Part shown: positions 55,170 to 64,000 of the stretch, in pieces
Layout of the letters: each line of letters begins with the position of its first letter
Position numbering within the stretch: the stretch's first letter is position 1
DNA from: Alphaproteobacteria bacterium
GTDB taxonomy: Bacteria; Pseudomonadota; Alphaproteobacteria; Paracaedibacterales; CAITNM01
Direction of reading: 5' to 3'
Length of the DNA stretch: 64,000 bases
NCBI GenBank assembly: GCA_947487955.1
Contig: CANKYV010000003.1
Coordinates: 15,165 to 79,164 of the forward strand
Notes under the pieces: model-generated
Databases searched by the model: none
What the model was told of the DNA's origin: nothing
What the model saw: the letters and a program-made list of their open reading frames with translations, nothing else
Position numbers and translations under genes: made by a program

Positions 55170-55709
55170 ATGAAATATAAAGCAAAAATAATTTTATGGG
55201 ACAACGATGGCACTATAACAGCATCAAAAAATCCTAATGATAGAACTTCTAGAGCAAAAATAATTTTACCTGGTATTAAAGAGGAAATGAGTAATGCACA
55301 ATTTAATTTTGTAATCTCAGGCTTTAAGTCACAAGAAAGTGAATCGCAAAATTTTGACCCAGAAGAAATAACAACTAAATTTATTGACTTGATGAGTAAA
55401 CTTCCAATTAACGCAGTCGCCTTTTCTCCTATTATTGGAGGCACAGCTTGTTACCTGATTATTAAGAAAAATCATCAAATTATTATCAAAAAGGCTCATG
55501 AAAACCCCAATTATCATCAGTATATTGGTAAATTTAAGAAGCCTGATATTGGTATGTTCGTTGTAATGAAAGATGCTGCTTTAGAAGAATTTGGACAAAT
55601 TATAGAAAAGCAAAACACAATTATGATTGGTGATACATGGCATGATGAAGTAGCTGCCAAAACTTTTGGAATACCATTTATAAATGCTGAAATAATTCAT
55701 TCCAAATAA
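55170..55709 (+). CDS. HAD-superfamily phosphatase (subfamily IIIA, GmhB/histidinol-phosphatase-like)
   Basis: I chose the ATG at 55170, preceded by AAAAGGAG. HAD motifs DNDGTI (I), KPDIGMF (III) and IGDTWHDEVAA (IV). Confidence 0.7.
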   Translation: MKYKAKIILWDNDGTITASKNPNDRTSRAKIILPGIKEEMSNAQFNFVISGFKSQESESQNFDPEEITTKFIDLMSKLPINAVAFSPIIGGTACYLIIKKNHQIIIKKAHENPNYHQYIGKFKKPDIGMFVVMKDAALEEFGQIIEKQNTIMIGDTWHDEVAAKTFGIPFINAEIIHSK

Positions 55710-55801
55710 GATATAAGAATTATTTTTGTTCACAAGAGAAGAACTTCTAAGTTATTCGTTTTTTGTGATAAGGTATAAATAAAACTAGCATTTAATTTAT
55801 T

Positions 55802-56419
55802 GTGATCGCCAAATTAACAGGTACTCTAGATCGTATTTATGAAGACGCCGTGCTTATTGATGTAAAAGGTGTAGCATACCGAGTCCTGGTTTCAAAAAGA
55901 ACGCTACATGAATTGCCTGAGCTAAATTCTCCTTTAGTTCTTTGGACTGAAACCGTTCTACGCAACGAACAACCACATTTATGTGGATTCCTTGAAGAAC
56001 GAGAAGTTGATTGGTTTCGCATACTCACACAAGTTCAAGGCGTTGGCGCTAAAGTTGCTCTTGCAATTTTATCAATTTTATCAGCATCAGAAATTAGTGA
56101 TGCTATTATTAACCAAAAGAGCAACATACTATCTAAAGCTGATGGCGTAGGCCCAAAGCTTGCAAGTCGTATTGTATTAGAGCTCAAAGGAAAAAAAGAT
56201 CTTCCAATTGTTTTTGGCATATCCACAAAAGATGTAAATGCTAATATTTTTCCATCAAGAGAAGTTGATGATGCAATTTCTGCTTTAATGAATTTAGGAT
56301 ATAACAAATACGATGCTGAAAATGCTGTTTCAAAAGCCAGTCAAAAAATAGATTCACCTATAACACTTGAAACACTAGTCAGGTTATCTTTGCAAGAATT
56401 CCAGGCGCGTTATGGTTGA
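55802..56419 (+). CDS. ruvA: Holliday junction branch migration complex subunit RuvA
   Basis: GTG start. [10 protein letters not shown]-terminus, HhH motifs ([30 protein letters not shown]) and a C-terminal domain III. ruvB follows. Confidence 0.9.
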   Translation: MIAKLTGTLDRIYEDAVLIDVKGVAYRVLVSKRTLHELPELNSPLVLWTETVLRNEQPHLCGFLEEREVDWFRILTQVQGVGAKVALAILSILSASEISDAIINQKSNILSKADGVGPKLASRIVLELKGKKDLPIVFGISTKDVNANIFPSREVDDAISALMNLGYNKYDAENAVSKASQKIDSPITLETLVRLSLQEFQARYG

Positions 56420-57404
56420 ACGCTTAGTCAATGCAGAATTATCATTTGAAGACGATTGGGAAGCAACCATTCGCCCAACAATTCTTAATGATTTTATTGG
56501 CCAGCAAGCATTACGCGAAAACTTAGTTGTATACATTAATGCAGCAAAAAAACGCGAAGAAGCACTTGATCATGTGCTTTTACACGGCCCTCCAGGCCTT
56601 GGAAAAACAACACTTGCGCAAATTATTGCTCGAGAAATGGGCGTCGGATTCAAAACTACATCTGGCCCAGTGATTGCAAAAGCTGGTGATTTAGCTGCAA
56701 TTCTCACCAATCTACAATCTAACGATGTCTTGTTTATTGATGAAATTCATCGGCTCAGCCCAGCCATTGAAGAAGTACTTTATACGGCAATTGAAGATTT
56801 TAAGCTTGATGTTATGATTGGCGAAGGTCCCGCAGCACGCTCGATACGTTTAGATTTACCAAAATTCACTCTTATAGGTGCCACCACACGTTCTGGCTTA
56901 CTTACACAACCATTAAGAGAACGCTTTGGTATACCCCTACGTTTACAATTCTACAGTCATCCAGAACTTGCAGAAATCATTCTCAGAGCAGCTAAAATTT
57001 TAGACGTTAGCATTGACTCTGATGCAGCACTAGAAATCTCGTCGAGGTGCCGAGGCACCCCAAGAATAGCAGGCCGTCTATTAAGAAGAATTCGTGACTT
57101 TGCTATGATTTATACAAACAACCACATAGATGTAAAAACGGCAAATCAAACCCTAACACGACTAGAAGTTGATAATAAAGGTCTTGATCAACAAGATTTG
57201 CAATATTTACAAGCAATGGCAAAACATTACAATGGCGGTCCTGTTGGCGTTGAAACACTAGCAGCATATCTTGCTGAACAGACAGATACCATCGAAGAAG
57301 TTGTAGAGCCATACTTGATTCAACTTGGTTTAATACAGCGTACAAGCCGAGGGAGAGTTCTCACATCTACTGGGTATAAACACCTTGGGCTATCATGTCC
57401 ATAA
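56412..57404 (+). CDS. ruvB: Holliday junction DNA helicase RuvB
   Basis: RP..L.DFIGQ, Walker [10 protein letters not shown], Walker [10 protein letters not shown], and sensor GTPRIA.RLLRR.RDFA. Confidence 0.95.
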   Translation: MVERLVNAELSFEDDWEATIRPTILNDFIGQQALRENLVVYINAAKKREEALDHVLLHGPPGLGKTTLAQIIAREMGVGFKTTSGPVIAKAGDLAAILTNLQSNDVLFIDEIHRLSPAIEEVLYTAIEDFKLDVMIGEGPAARSIRLDLPKFTLIGATTRSGLLTQPLRERFGIPLRLQFYSHPELAEIILRAAKILDVSIDSDAALEISSRCRGTPRIAGRLLRRIRDFAMIYTNNHIDVKTANQTLTRLEVDNKGLDQQDLQYLQAMAKHYNGGPVGVETLAAYLAEQTDTIEEVVEPYLIQLGLIQRTSRGRVLTSTGYKHLGLSCP

Positions 57405-59152
57405 AATCTGCTGCTTTATTTCAAGAACCACAAATCACCATAGAAGGCACAAGTTTAAATTTTGGCATTGCTCAGGGATATGCGTATATGTACGATCCGC
57501 AATATACTGAGGATGCACAGCTTCCTGTTAACCAAAAAATACAAATTTTCCTTCAAGCAATAAATAAAGCAGCAACATTATGCAGTAATAACCTCACTAT
57601 TAGATCTACTGATAGTCAAGAGCTAATACTAGTACAAAAAGCTTTATTACAAGACTCTGCATGGCAACAAAGGGTTATTGATAAAATTGAAAATAAATTA
57701 AGTATTACCCATGCTCTTGATAAAGTTTTGGAAGACTTAGATATAGCTTTGGGAATCGATAATTTTTGGCATGCACGCTCTCAAGAAATTCGGGGTATTT
57801 CTCAACTTGTTCGTCAATGCTTAGAGAAAAAAGAAATCAATTTTGATAAAGACAAACCAATTATTTTATGTGCAAAAACTATTTCTCCAGTTGAAATGAT
57901 GCTATTTGAGCAAGCAAAATTAGCTGCAATGATCGTTCAAGACAATAGTTTTTTATCTCATGGAATGATTATTGCCAGATCCAGAGGAATTCCTGTTGTG
58001 GGCGGCGCTGTTGACCTAAAAGAATTTATCAACCACGATGATGAATTATTAGTTGATGGTGATTTAGGGCGAGTCTATGTACGCCCTCATAGCATTACTA
58101 TTGCAAATTATGACATCTCTAAAAAAGTATCTCTCAGCAAATCTTCTGAAAATACAAAAAATAAAATTGTTATCTCCAGAGATGGTACTCCTGTTCATTT
58201 ATCAATTAATGCTAATTTAAATGAAGATTTAGCATCCTTGGATCATTCAGCTATCGAAGGTATCGGATTATACAGAACTGAAATTCCATTCATGACAAGT
58301 GAACGTTGGCCAGATGTAGAAACACAAATCAGACTGTACTTAAATGTTTTAAATAAAGCTAAAGAAAAATTTGTAGTCTTTCGTACGCTCGACGTCGGTG
58401 GAGACAAAACTTTTCAATCTCTCCATAAAAGTTTTAATAATACCAAAAAAGGATGGAAGCACTCAAGATTTACACTACAACGACCATCACTTATTCGCCT
58501 TCAGCTACGCGCAATGATTAGGGCCCGTGTAACCTGTGATTATCCAGACTTACCGCTGCACATCATGTTTCCCATGGTCAGTGAAGCGCAAGAAATGAGT
58601 TTTTTGAGAACGCTAATCCAAAAAGAATTAGATCGTGAAAAGAATTTAGGGAATAAAATACCTCAAACTGTTCGAATTGGCGCAATGGTAGAAGTGCCCT
58701 CGGTTGTCTTTCAGCTTAATCAGTTTCTAGATTTAGTTGATTTTATCTCCATTGGTAGTAACGACCTATTTCATTTTTTCTATGCTATTGATCGTACTGA
58801 CGCAGTAATGAGCAAACGCTACGATTTATTATCTAAAGCATTTATGCAAATGTTAAAAACCATCATAGATAAAGCTAAAGCTAAAAATGTCAATGTTAGC
58901 TTATGTGGTGAAATGGCAAGTAGACCGCTTGAAGCTATGGCTCTTTTAGGAATAGGTCTACGCTATTTTTCGGTCAACCCTAGCTCTATTGAAACTATTG
59001 AAAATATGGTTCAAAGCCTTGATATTTGGTCAGTTCAAGAATGTATGAATGACTGTCTCAGCGATAATCCTTTTGCTTATAAAGCCGCGCATTTAAGTAT
59101 CAGGGAGCGTGTGTTGGAACTGGCACAGATTCAGCAGACTCAGCTTTCTTAA
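57395..59152 (+). CDS. ptsP: Phosphoenolpyruvate-protein phosphotransferase (Enzyme I; PtsP/PtsI-like, no GAF domain)
   Basis: 585 aa. Phospho-His region [15 protein letters not shown], plus [40 protein letters not shown] and CGEMASRP. Confidence 0.8.
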   Translation: MSIKSAALFQEPQITIEGTSLNFGIAQGYAYMYDPQYTEDAQLPVNQKIQIFLQAINKAATLCSNNLTIRSTDSQELILVQKALLQDSAWQQRVIDKIENKLSITHALDKVLEDLDIALGIDNFWHARSQEIRGISQLVRQCLEKKEINFDKDKPIILCAKTISPVEMMLFEQAKLAAMIVQDNSFLSHGMIIARSRGIPVVGGAVDLKEFINHDDELLVDGDLGRVYVRPHSITIANYDISKKVSLSKSSENTKNKIVISRDGTPVHLSINANLNEDLASLDHSAIEGIGLYRTEIPFMTSERWPDVETQIRLYLNVLNKAKEKFVVFRTLDVGGDKTFQSLHKSFNNTKKGWKHSRFTLQRPSLIRLQLRAMIRARVTCDYPDLPLHIMFPMVSEAQEMSFLRTLIQKELDREKNLGNKIPQTVRIGAMVEVPSVVFQLNQFLDLVDFISIGSNDLFHFFYAIDRTDAVMSKRYDLLSKAFMQMLKTIIDKAKAKNVNVSLCGEMASRPLEAMALLGIGLRYFSVNPSSIETIENMVQSLDIWSVQECMNDCLSDNPFAYKAAHLSIRERVLELAQIQQTQLS

Positions 59153-60422
59153 CATTGCGCTTATCTTCCTTACGTTCTTCATGAGTAATAACTATTCGTG
59201 CAGTCGACATAAGCTTGTTGAGCAAACGAACTGCTTGTCTTGAAAACTCTTTTTGCTCCAAACCTTCTTTCACCTCTGCTTTAGTAGGCAATGGATCTTT
59301 TTCAGGATTTTCAACAGCACAAACCCTGTATAAGCTTACAGCTTGTTCTTCTTGGATTGGGCCAATAATTTGATTTACTGCTACTTGATCTAAAATAACT
59401 TGCAAAGGCTCAGGAAAACTTGACATTGGTTGTTTTTCTACAATTGCCGTTTGTCCATTTGCATCATTTCCCACTTGCTGAAATTCTTTACAGCTCTTCG
59501 CCTTTTTTAAGTGAGTCACAATTGTCTCTAAAATCATTACATTCTCTTCACTCATATCTTCTGGAAGTTGAATAACCACCTTGGCAACAGACATTTTTCG
59601 ACTCCGAAATGCCCCCTGTCCTGCTAATTTCTTATCAATAAGCTTAATAATTTTATAGGCATTTTGAGACTCAATGGGTCTTGTAACACCACCCACAGGG
59701 GCATTTTGAATAATTCTAGCAACTTCTTCATCCATTTGACGTACAGTTTTCCAGCCCACATAACCACTTTGAGCGCCAAATTGCTGAGCAATTAAACGAA
59801 AATTTGTCATTGGCTGACTTACTTGCACATACAAACGATCGGCATCTTGTTTACTTTTTGCACGATTTTTATCATCTATAGGCAAAACTATCTCGATTAA
59901 TTCATATTGATCAGTCTCAAGAATACGTTTTACTTTATCAAATTCTTTCTCAACATCACTGTCACTCACTCGGACATGACTACCAAATAAAGCACGAATA
60001 AATCGGGCCCACGAAAGTTGTGCCCGCATCCTATTTCTAAGGGTTTCAATCTTCACTCCCATAGCATTAAAGCGCTCTTTCAATTGCTCTATTGCCATAC
60101 CATTATCTTGAGCAAGATTTTCTAGAGACTTATCCACTTCTTTTTCTGTAATCTTAATTTCTGCTTCTTTAGCCGAAGACTCTTGCAATTTCTCAACAAT
60201 CAGATTCTGCAAAACCTGATAACGCATGTCATCTCTTGACTCTTTAGTATTTGGCATATTAAGAGTTGCGATTGCAAAATCTAATCGCATTTCAAGTTCG
60301 CGCTCAGTAATAGCATGCTGATTTACAACAGCCGCAATTAATGCCTGCTCCGATTTCATACTTGCGCACACGCAAGAGGGAGTTAAGTTTAAAAACAATA
60401 TTAAAATGATAAATGCAAACAT
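59100..60422 (-). CDS. surA: SurA-like periplasmic chaperone/PPIase
   Basis: Signal peptide. SurA N-terminal domain pattern (LIAAVVNQHAITERELEMRL...). Located next to lptF-lptG, as is usual for envelope-biogenesis loci. The parvulin region is divergent. Confidence 0.6.
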   Translation of the reverse strand: MFAFIILILFLNLTPSCVCASMKSEQALIAAVVNQHAITERELEMRLDFAIATLNMPNTKESRDDMRYQVLQNLIVEKLQESSAKEAEIKITEKEVDKSLENLAQDNGMAIEQLKERFNAMGVKIETLRNRMRAQLSWARFIRALFGSHVRVSDSDVEKEFDKVKRILETDQYELIEIVLPIDDKNRAKSKQDADRLYVQVSQPMTNFRLIAQQFGAQSGYVGWKTVRQMDEEVARIIQNAPVGGVTRPIESQNAYKIIKLIDKKLAGQGAFRSRKMSVAKVVIQLPEDMSEENVMILETIVTHLKKAKSCKEFQQVGNDANGQTAIVEKQPMSSFPEPLQVILDQVAVNQIIGPIQEEQAVSLYRVCAVENPEKDPLPTKAEVKEGLEQKEFSRQAVRLLNKLMSTARIVITHEERKEDKRNVKKAESAESVPVPTHAP

Positions 60423-60460
60423 GCCTAGAAAAAGCCAAAAATTAATTGTACATATAGAAT

Positions 60461-61594
60461 ATGTTTATCACGTCGTCATATATTTTAAAACGTCTTTGCA
60501 CATCAATCGGTGTTTTATCTGCAATTTTGGTTGTATTGCTCTGGTTGACGCAGTCATTGCGCTTTATTGAAGTTATTGTGCATCACAACGTCTCTTTACA
60601 AAGCTATTTTTCATTAATTATATATTTATTACCAGACATGTTTGTAAAGGTCGCGCCTATATGCACTCTAATTGGCGCATTAATAGCTTTTGGGAAAATG
60701 ACTCTCGATAATGAATTGCAAGTTATGCAAGCGCTTGGAAAAAGCCCATGGCAAATCCTTCACTCTGGATTAGCCTTAGCAAGCATCCTTACTCTCTCCC
60801 TACTTTTTTTAAATATTTTCACGATCCCAAGCGCTTATCGAGCTTTTCGTGCGCAAGAATTTCAACTACGAAACCAATTTTCTTCATCAATAGTAAGAGA
60901 GGGATCATTTAATGTTATAAAAAGCTTAACCATTTTTGTTGAAAAACGTCGATCTGCAAAAGAATTTGAGGGTGTTTTCATCTATGACACAGGAGAACAT
61001 GCAAATAAAAAGCAAAAGAAACCGTATACCATATTTGCAAAAGACGGCACTTTAAAAATGATTGGTAATAAACACGTTTTAATCTTGCATAATGGCATTA
61101 GACAAGAGAAAGACAATAAAAACATTATTCAATCATTCGAATTTGATGAGCTCATGTATAATTTTGATGAATTTACAAGTATCACAAATTCAAGAAGCTT
61201 AAAACCTTATGAAAAAGATATTCGAGAACTTTTTCAAATTACTAACGAAAATGCTGAAAATATTAAATTACAAAAACGCATGGCTGCAGAAGGTCACCAG
61301 CGCATTCTACTTCCCTTTTTATGCTTAATTAATATGTCAATGGTTGCTCTTGTTATGGTTGTTAATCGCCCATCTAGGCGCTTACGTCGTAAAAGAATGA
61401 TATCCCTTATTCTGGCAGGAATTTTATTCCAATGGTTAATATTGAATCTATTGCAACTACAAACACGCTTTCAGTTCTCAGTTGCACTTGCATATATATT
61501 TGTAATTGCTTTTCTAGCATTAACTTTGATCACACTGCGTCATGGAAAATTTCATCATTCTTTACAAAGGATTTTTGAACAATGTGGTATTTGA
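60461..61594 (+). CDS. lptF: LPS export ABC transporter permease LptF
   Basis: 377 aa, YjgP/YjgQ-family topology. N-terminus YILKRL....G.......LWLTQSLRFIE. Paired with lptG. Confidence 0.85.
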   Translation: MFITSSYILKRLCTSIGVLSAILVVLLWLTQSLRFIEVIVHHNVSLQSYFSLIIYLLPDMFVKVAPICTLIGALIAFGKMTLDNELQVMQALGKSPWQILHSGLALASILTLSLLFLNIFTIPSAYRAFRAQEFQLRNQFSSSIVREGSFNVIKSLTIFVEKRRSAKEFEGVFIYDTGEHANKKQKKPYTIFAKDGTLKMIGNKHVLILHNGIRQEKDNKNIIQSFEFDELMYNFDEFTSITNSRSLKPYEKDIRELFQITNENAENIKLQKRMAAEGHQRILLPFLCLINMSMVALVMVVNRPSRRLRRKRMISLILAGILFQWLILNLLQLQTRFQFSVALAYIFVIAFLALTLITLRHGKFHHSLQRIFEQCGI

Positions 61595-62673
61595 TTTCAA
61601 CCTTGAATAGATATGTCAGCCGAACATTTTTATTCTGGTTTTTTCTCGTTTTTTTCACGGTAGCTCTAATTATTAGTTTTTTTGAAGTAGTTGATCTTAC
61701 AAAACGCACAATGCAGCATGACGTGCCCTTTTCAATTCTTTTTCAAATAGCATTTTTAAAATTACCTAAAATTTTAGACAGCCTTTTACCATCAATTACT
61801 TTTTTTGCGGCTCTTGGATGCTTTCTGCGGTTAGCACAATCACAAAATTTTGTTGTAATCTCAAGCTTTGGAGTATCTCGGTTACAATTTCTAAGTGGTA
61901 TATCAATCGTTGTTGTAGTTTTAGGGGTCTTAAATATAGTAGTTCTTGATCCTATCAGAGCAGTGCTCTTTGGACGAGTGGTTGTTTTAGAAGAAAAAAT
62001 CTTTCAAAAAAAACCTTATAGCGTTTCATTTACAGACACAGGTCTGTGGCTTAAAGAAAACTTACCAAGCTCCCAAAATATCATTCATGCTAGACACTTT
62101 AATGTAACTCAAAAACAATTTAGAAATCTTATTATCTTTGAATTTAGTAAAAATGGAGAATTTTTACGTAGAGTTGATGCTGAAGTTGCTGAGTTAATTA
62201 CCGCGCATTGGCACATGCACAACGTAAATATAATTTCTAACCATCGACAAGAAAACCTTCAAATACACACAGAACCTACGACTATAACTATGGAACAAAT
62301 TCAACAATCAACCGCCCCACCCGAAACAATTTCATTCTTCCAAACACCAGCTTTTATAAAAATGCTTGAAGATGCCGGACTAAATGCCAGCGCATACAGT
62401 ATGTTATGGCATCAACAAATTGCAAAAATTGGAATGATGATTGGCTTAATATTTTTGGCAGCAAGCTTCTGCTTAGTATCTACCAGAAATAAGTCTTTTA
62501 GTATAATTTTTGGTATTAGTATCAGTTTCTCATTTTTAATGCATTTTTTTGAACAGATTGTTCATGCATTCGGTATTGCTCACAGAATTCCTATAATTGC
62601 AGCAGCCTGGATTCCTCCAATTGTAACTTTTATTAGCGCTTATTGGTTAACTATCTTATTAGATGACCGTTAA
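61582..62673 (+). CDS. lptG: LPS export ABC transporter permease LptG
   Basis: 363 aa, YjgP/YjgQ family (LNRYVSRTFLFWFF...). Overlaps lptF by 13 nt. Confidence 0.85.
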   Translation: MWYLISTLNRYVSRTFLFWFFLVFFTVALIISFFEVVDLTKRTMQHDVPFSILFQIAFLKLPKILDSLLPSITFFAALGCFLRLAQSQNFVVISSFGVSRLQFLSGISIVVVVLGVLNIVVLDPIRAVLFGRVVVLEEKIFQKKPYSVSFTDTGLWLKENLPSSQNIIHARHFNVTQKQFRNLIIFEFSKNGEFLRRVDAEVAELITAHWHMHNVNIISNHRQENLQIHTEPTTITMEQIQQSTAPPETISFFQTPAFIKMLEDAGLNASAYSMLWHQQIAKIGMMIGLIFLAASFCLVSTRNKSFSIIFGISISFSFLMHFFEQIVHAFGIAHRIPIIAAAWIPPIVTFISAYWLTILLDDR

Positions 62674-62675
62674 TT

Positions 62676-64000
62676 TTAAGCTTTCTTCAACCCCAATGTG
62701 TAACAATTTCGCCTTTCTTGAGAAGACGGAATTTTTAAAATTTTACGGTACTTAGATATCGTCCTTCTTGCCACTAACATTCCTTTTTCACTCAATTTTC
62801 TAACTAGTTGTTCATCAGACAATGGAGAGGTTTGTGATTCTTTATTCACTAATTCCATAATTGCATTTTGAACAGATTTTGCAGAAACATCTTCCTGCCC
62901 TTCAGAAATTGAGGTTATCGATTGACTAAAGAAAAATTTTAATTCAAAAGTTCCTCGGGGGGTACTCACATATTTTGCTGTTGTAATACGGCTGACTGTA
63001 CTCTCATGCATACCAAGCTGGTCGGCAATTGCCTTTAAAGTTAAGGATTTTAAACCAAGCATTCCTTTCGAAAAGAATTCCTGCTGATGTTGCGCAATTG
63101 CAGTGCCTACTCGCTTTAAAGTAATCAACCGCTGGTTAAGTGCCTGCATTAACCAATTTGCATGAGCAAATTTTGCCTGTAAGAACTGCTTTTCATCAGG
63201 TTTCGTTAGCTTACAACGTAGTTCATGATAGTACGAACTATTCAGAAGCACTTGAGGTAATGAGCTCAGGTTTAGTTCAAAAACAAATTGATTATCTGCG
63301 TTTTTTTGAATAAACCCATCTGGAACTACATTATCATGATCTATATTTGTTAGAAATCCAGAAGAAGGACGAGGATTTAATTGCCGTAACACCGATAAAC
63401 ATCGCTGTAACTCATCAATACTTAATTTACATTTCCTAGCTAGCATATTAGGGCTATCCTGTAATAATCCTCCAAGATTTTGGAGCACAAGATCCATTTC
63501 AGGAGTTAGAGCATTTTTTTCTTTTAATTGCACTCTTAAGCATTCTTCAATATTTCTTGAAAAAATCCCTACCGGATCAAACGTCTGCATAACTGTGATC
63601 ATTTTTTCAACAAGCTCAAGCTTAGCCCCAAACTGTTCTACAATTTCATGTATATCAGTATCAAGGTACCCATAAGAATTTAAACAATTAATAAGAATAA
63701 GCCCTGTTAGATATTCCTCACGATTATTAGCTACAAGTGATAATTGTAACTGTAAGTAATCCTGCAGAGTCTGTTCGCAGCGAAGTCGAGGGTTTTGAGC
63801 ATTACCCCCCTCTTGCATAGGATCACGCTTTTCAAACTGCAGGCTTTCATTTGAACTTCCATCATCATCAGAAGAAAATTCTTGTGAATCTTCTTGAGGT
63901 TCAGCAAAAGATTGCTCACTAGTCTCCACTGCTAATAATGGATTCTCTGAAGCTTGCTCATTTACATAAGCACTAAGCTCAGTCACCGATAATTGCAACA
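62676..64000 (-). CDS. rpoN: RNA polymerase sigma-54 factor (5'-partial, N-terminus beyond window end)
   Basis: RpoN box ARRTISKYRKILKIPSS, HTH LGMHESTVSRITT.KY, and an acidic region II. The reading frame is open to the window edge, and the region I glutamine-rich start is missing. Confidence 0.9.
   Translation of the reverse strand, partial: LQLSVTELSAYVNEQASENPLLAVETSEQSFAEPQEDSQEFSSDDDGSSNESLQFEKRDPMQEGGNAQNPRLRCEQTLQDYLQLQLSLVANNREEYLTGLILINCLNSYGYLDTDIHEIVEQFGAKLELVEKMITVMQTFDPVGIFSRNIEECLRVQLKEKNALTPEMDLVLQNLGGLLQDSPNMLARKCKLSIDELQRCLSVLRQLNPRPSSGFLTNIDHDNVVPDGFIQKNADNQFVFELNLSSLPQVLLNSSYYHELRCKLTKPDEKQFLQAKFAHANWLMQALNQRLITLKRVGTAIAQHQQEFFSKGMLGLKSLTLKAIADQLGMHESTVSRITTAKYVSTPRGTFELKFFFSQSITSISEGQEDVSAKSVQNAIMELVNKESQTSPLSDEQLVRKLSEKGMLVARRTISKYRKILKIPSSQERRNCYTLGLKKA

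Noticed and set aside
1-64000. Whole-window scan for CRISPR arrays, rRNA, IS/transposase genes, prophage genes and toxin-antitoxin pairs.
   Set aside because: I saw no regularly spaced direct repeats, rRNA-like conserved blocks, or DDE, tyrosine-recombinase or phage structural motifs. The only tandem repeats are the two in-gene ones reported above.

Overview
This is an AT-rich bacterial chromosome segment. Its gene content fits an alphaproteobacterial intracellular lineage (Rickettsiales/Holosporales-like). That placement is an inference from an NTT-type ATP/ADP translocase, alphaproteobacterial-looking housekeeping proteins and the strong AT bias.

Genes in order:
- accB (5'-partial) and accC, then an exoD-like gene.
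- motA-motB, then acnA-uppP.
- A flagellar rod/ring operon, flgF-flgG-flgA-flgH-fliE, preceded by a good sigma-54 promoter match.
- An asmA-family gene, a His/Ala-repeat lipoprotein and two orphan secreted proteins.
- brnQ-like, mnmA, glmM, a rodZ-like gene and tRNA-Ser(GCU).
- A 22.7-kb glycan biosynthesis/export locus (21000-43682) of 19 genes, all on the minus strand. A wHTH regulator and a NusG paralog head it. It holds a WlbA-WlbB fusion, two DegT aminotransferases, a formyltransferase, two AsnB-type amidotransferases, three methyltransferases, two GT4 glycosyltransferases, a sulfatase-like membrane transferase and a fused ABC exporter.
- An eroded purC-like gene, bolA, grxD, rlmE and another orphan secreted protein.
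- prfB with its programmed +1 frameshift.
- A signal-peptide protein carrying an AID/APOBEC-like deaminase signature, tail-to-tail with a secreted LRR protein.
- A DUF1003 protein, a ~985-996-aa (start-dependent) GltD-like/PyrK-like fusion oxidoreductase and tlc.
- sdhE, a HAD phosphatase, ruvAB, ptsP-like, surA-like, lptF-lptG and rpoN (5'-partial).

I recognised no rRNA, CRISPR array, transposase or integrase. All functional calls come from reading motifs in the supplied translations, with no database search.
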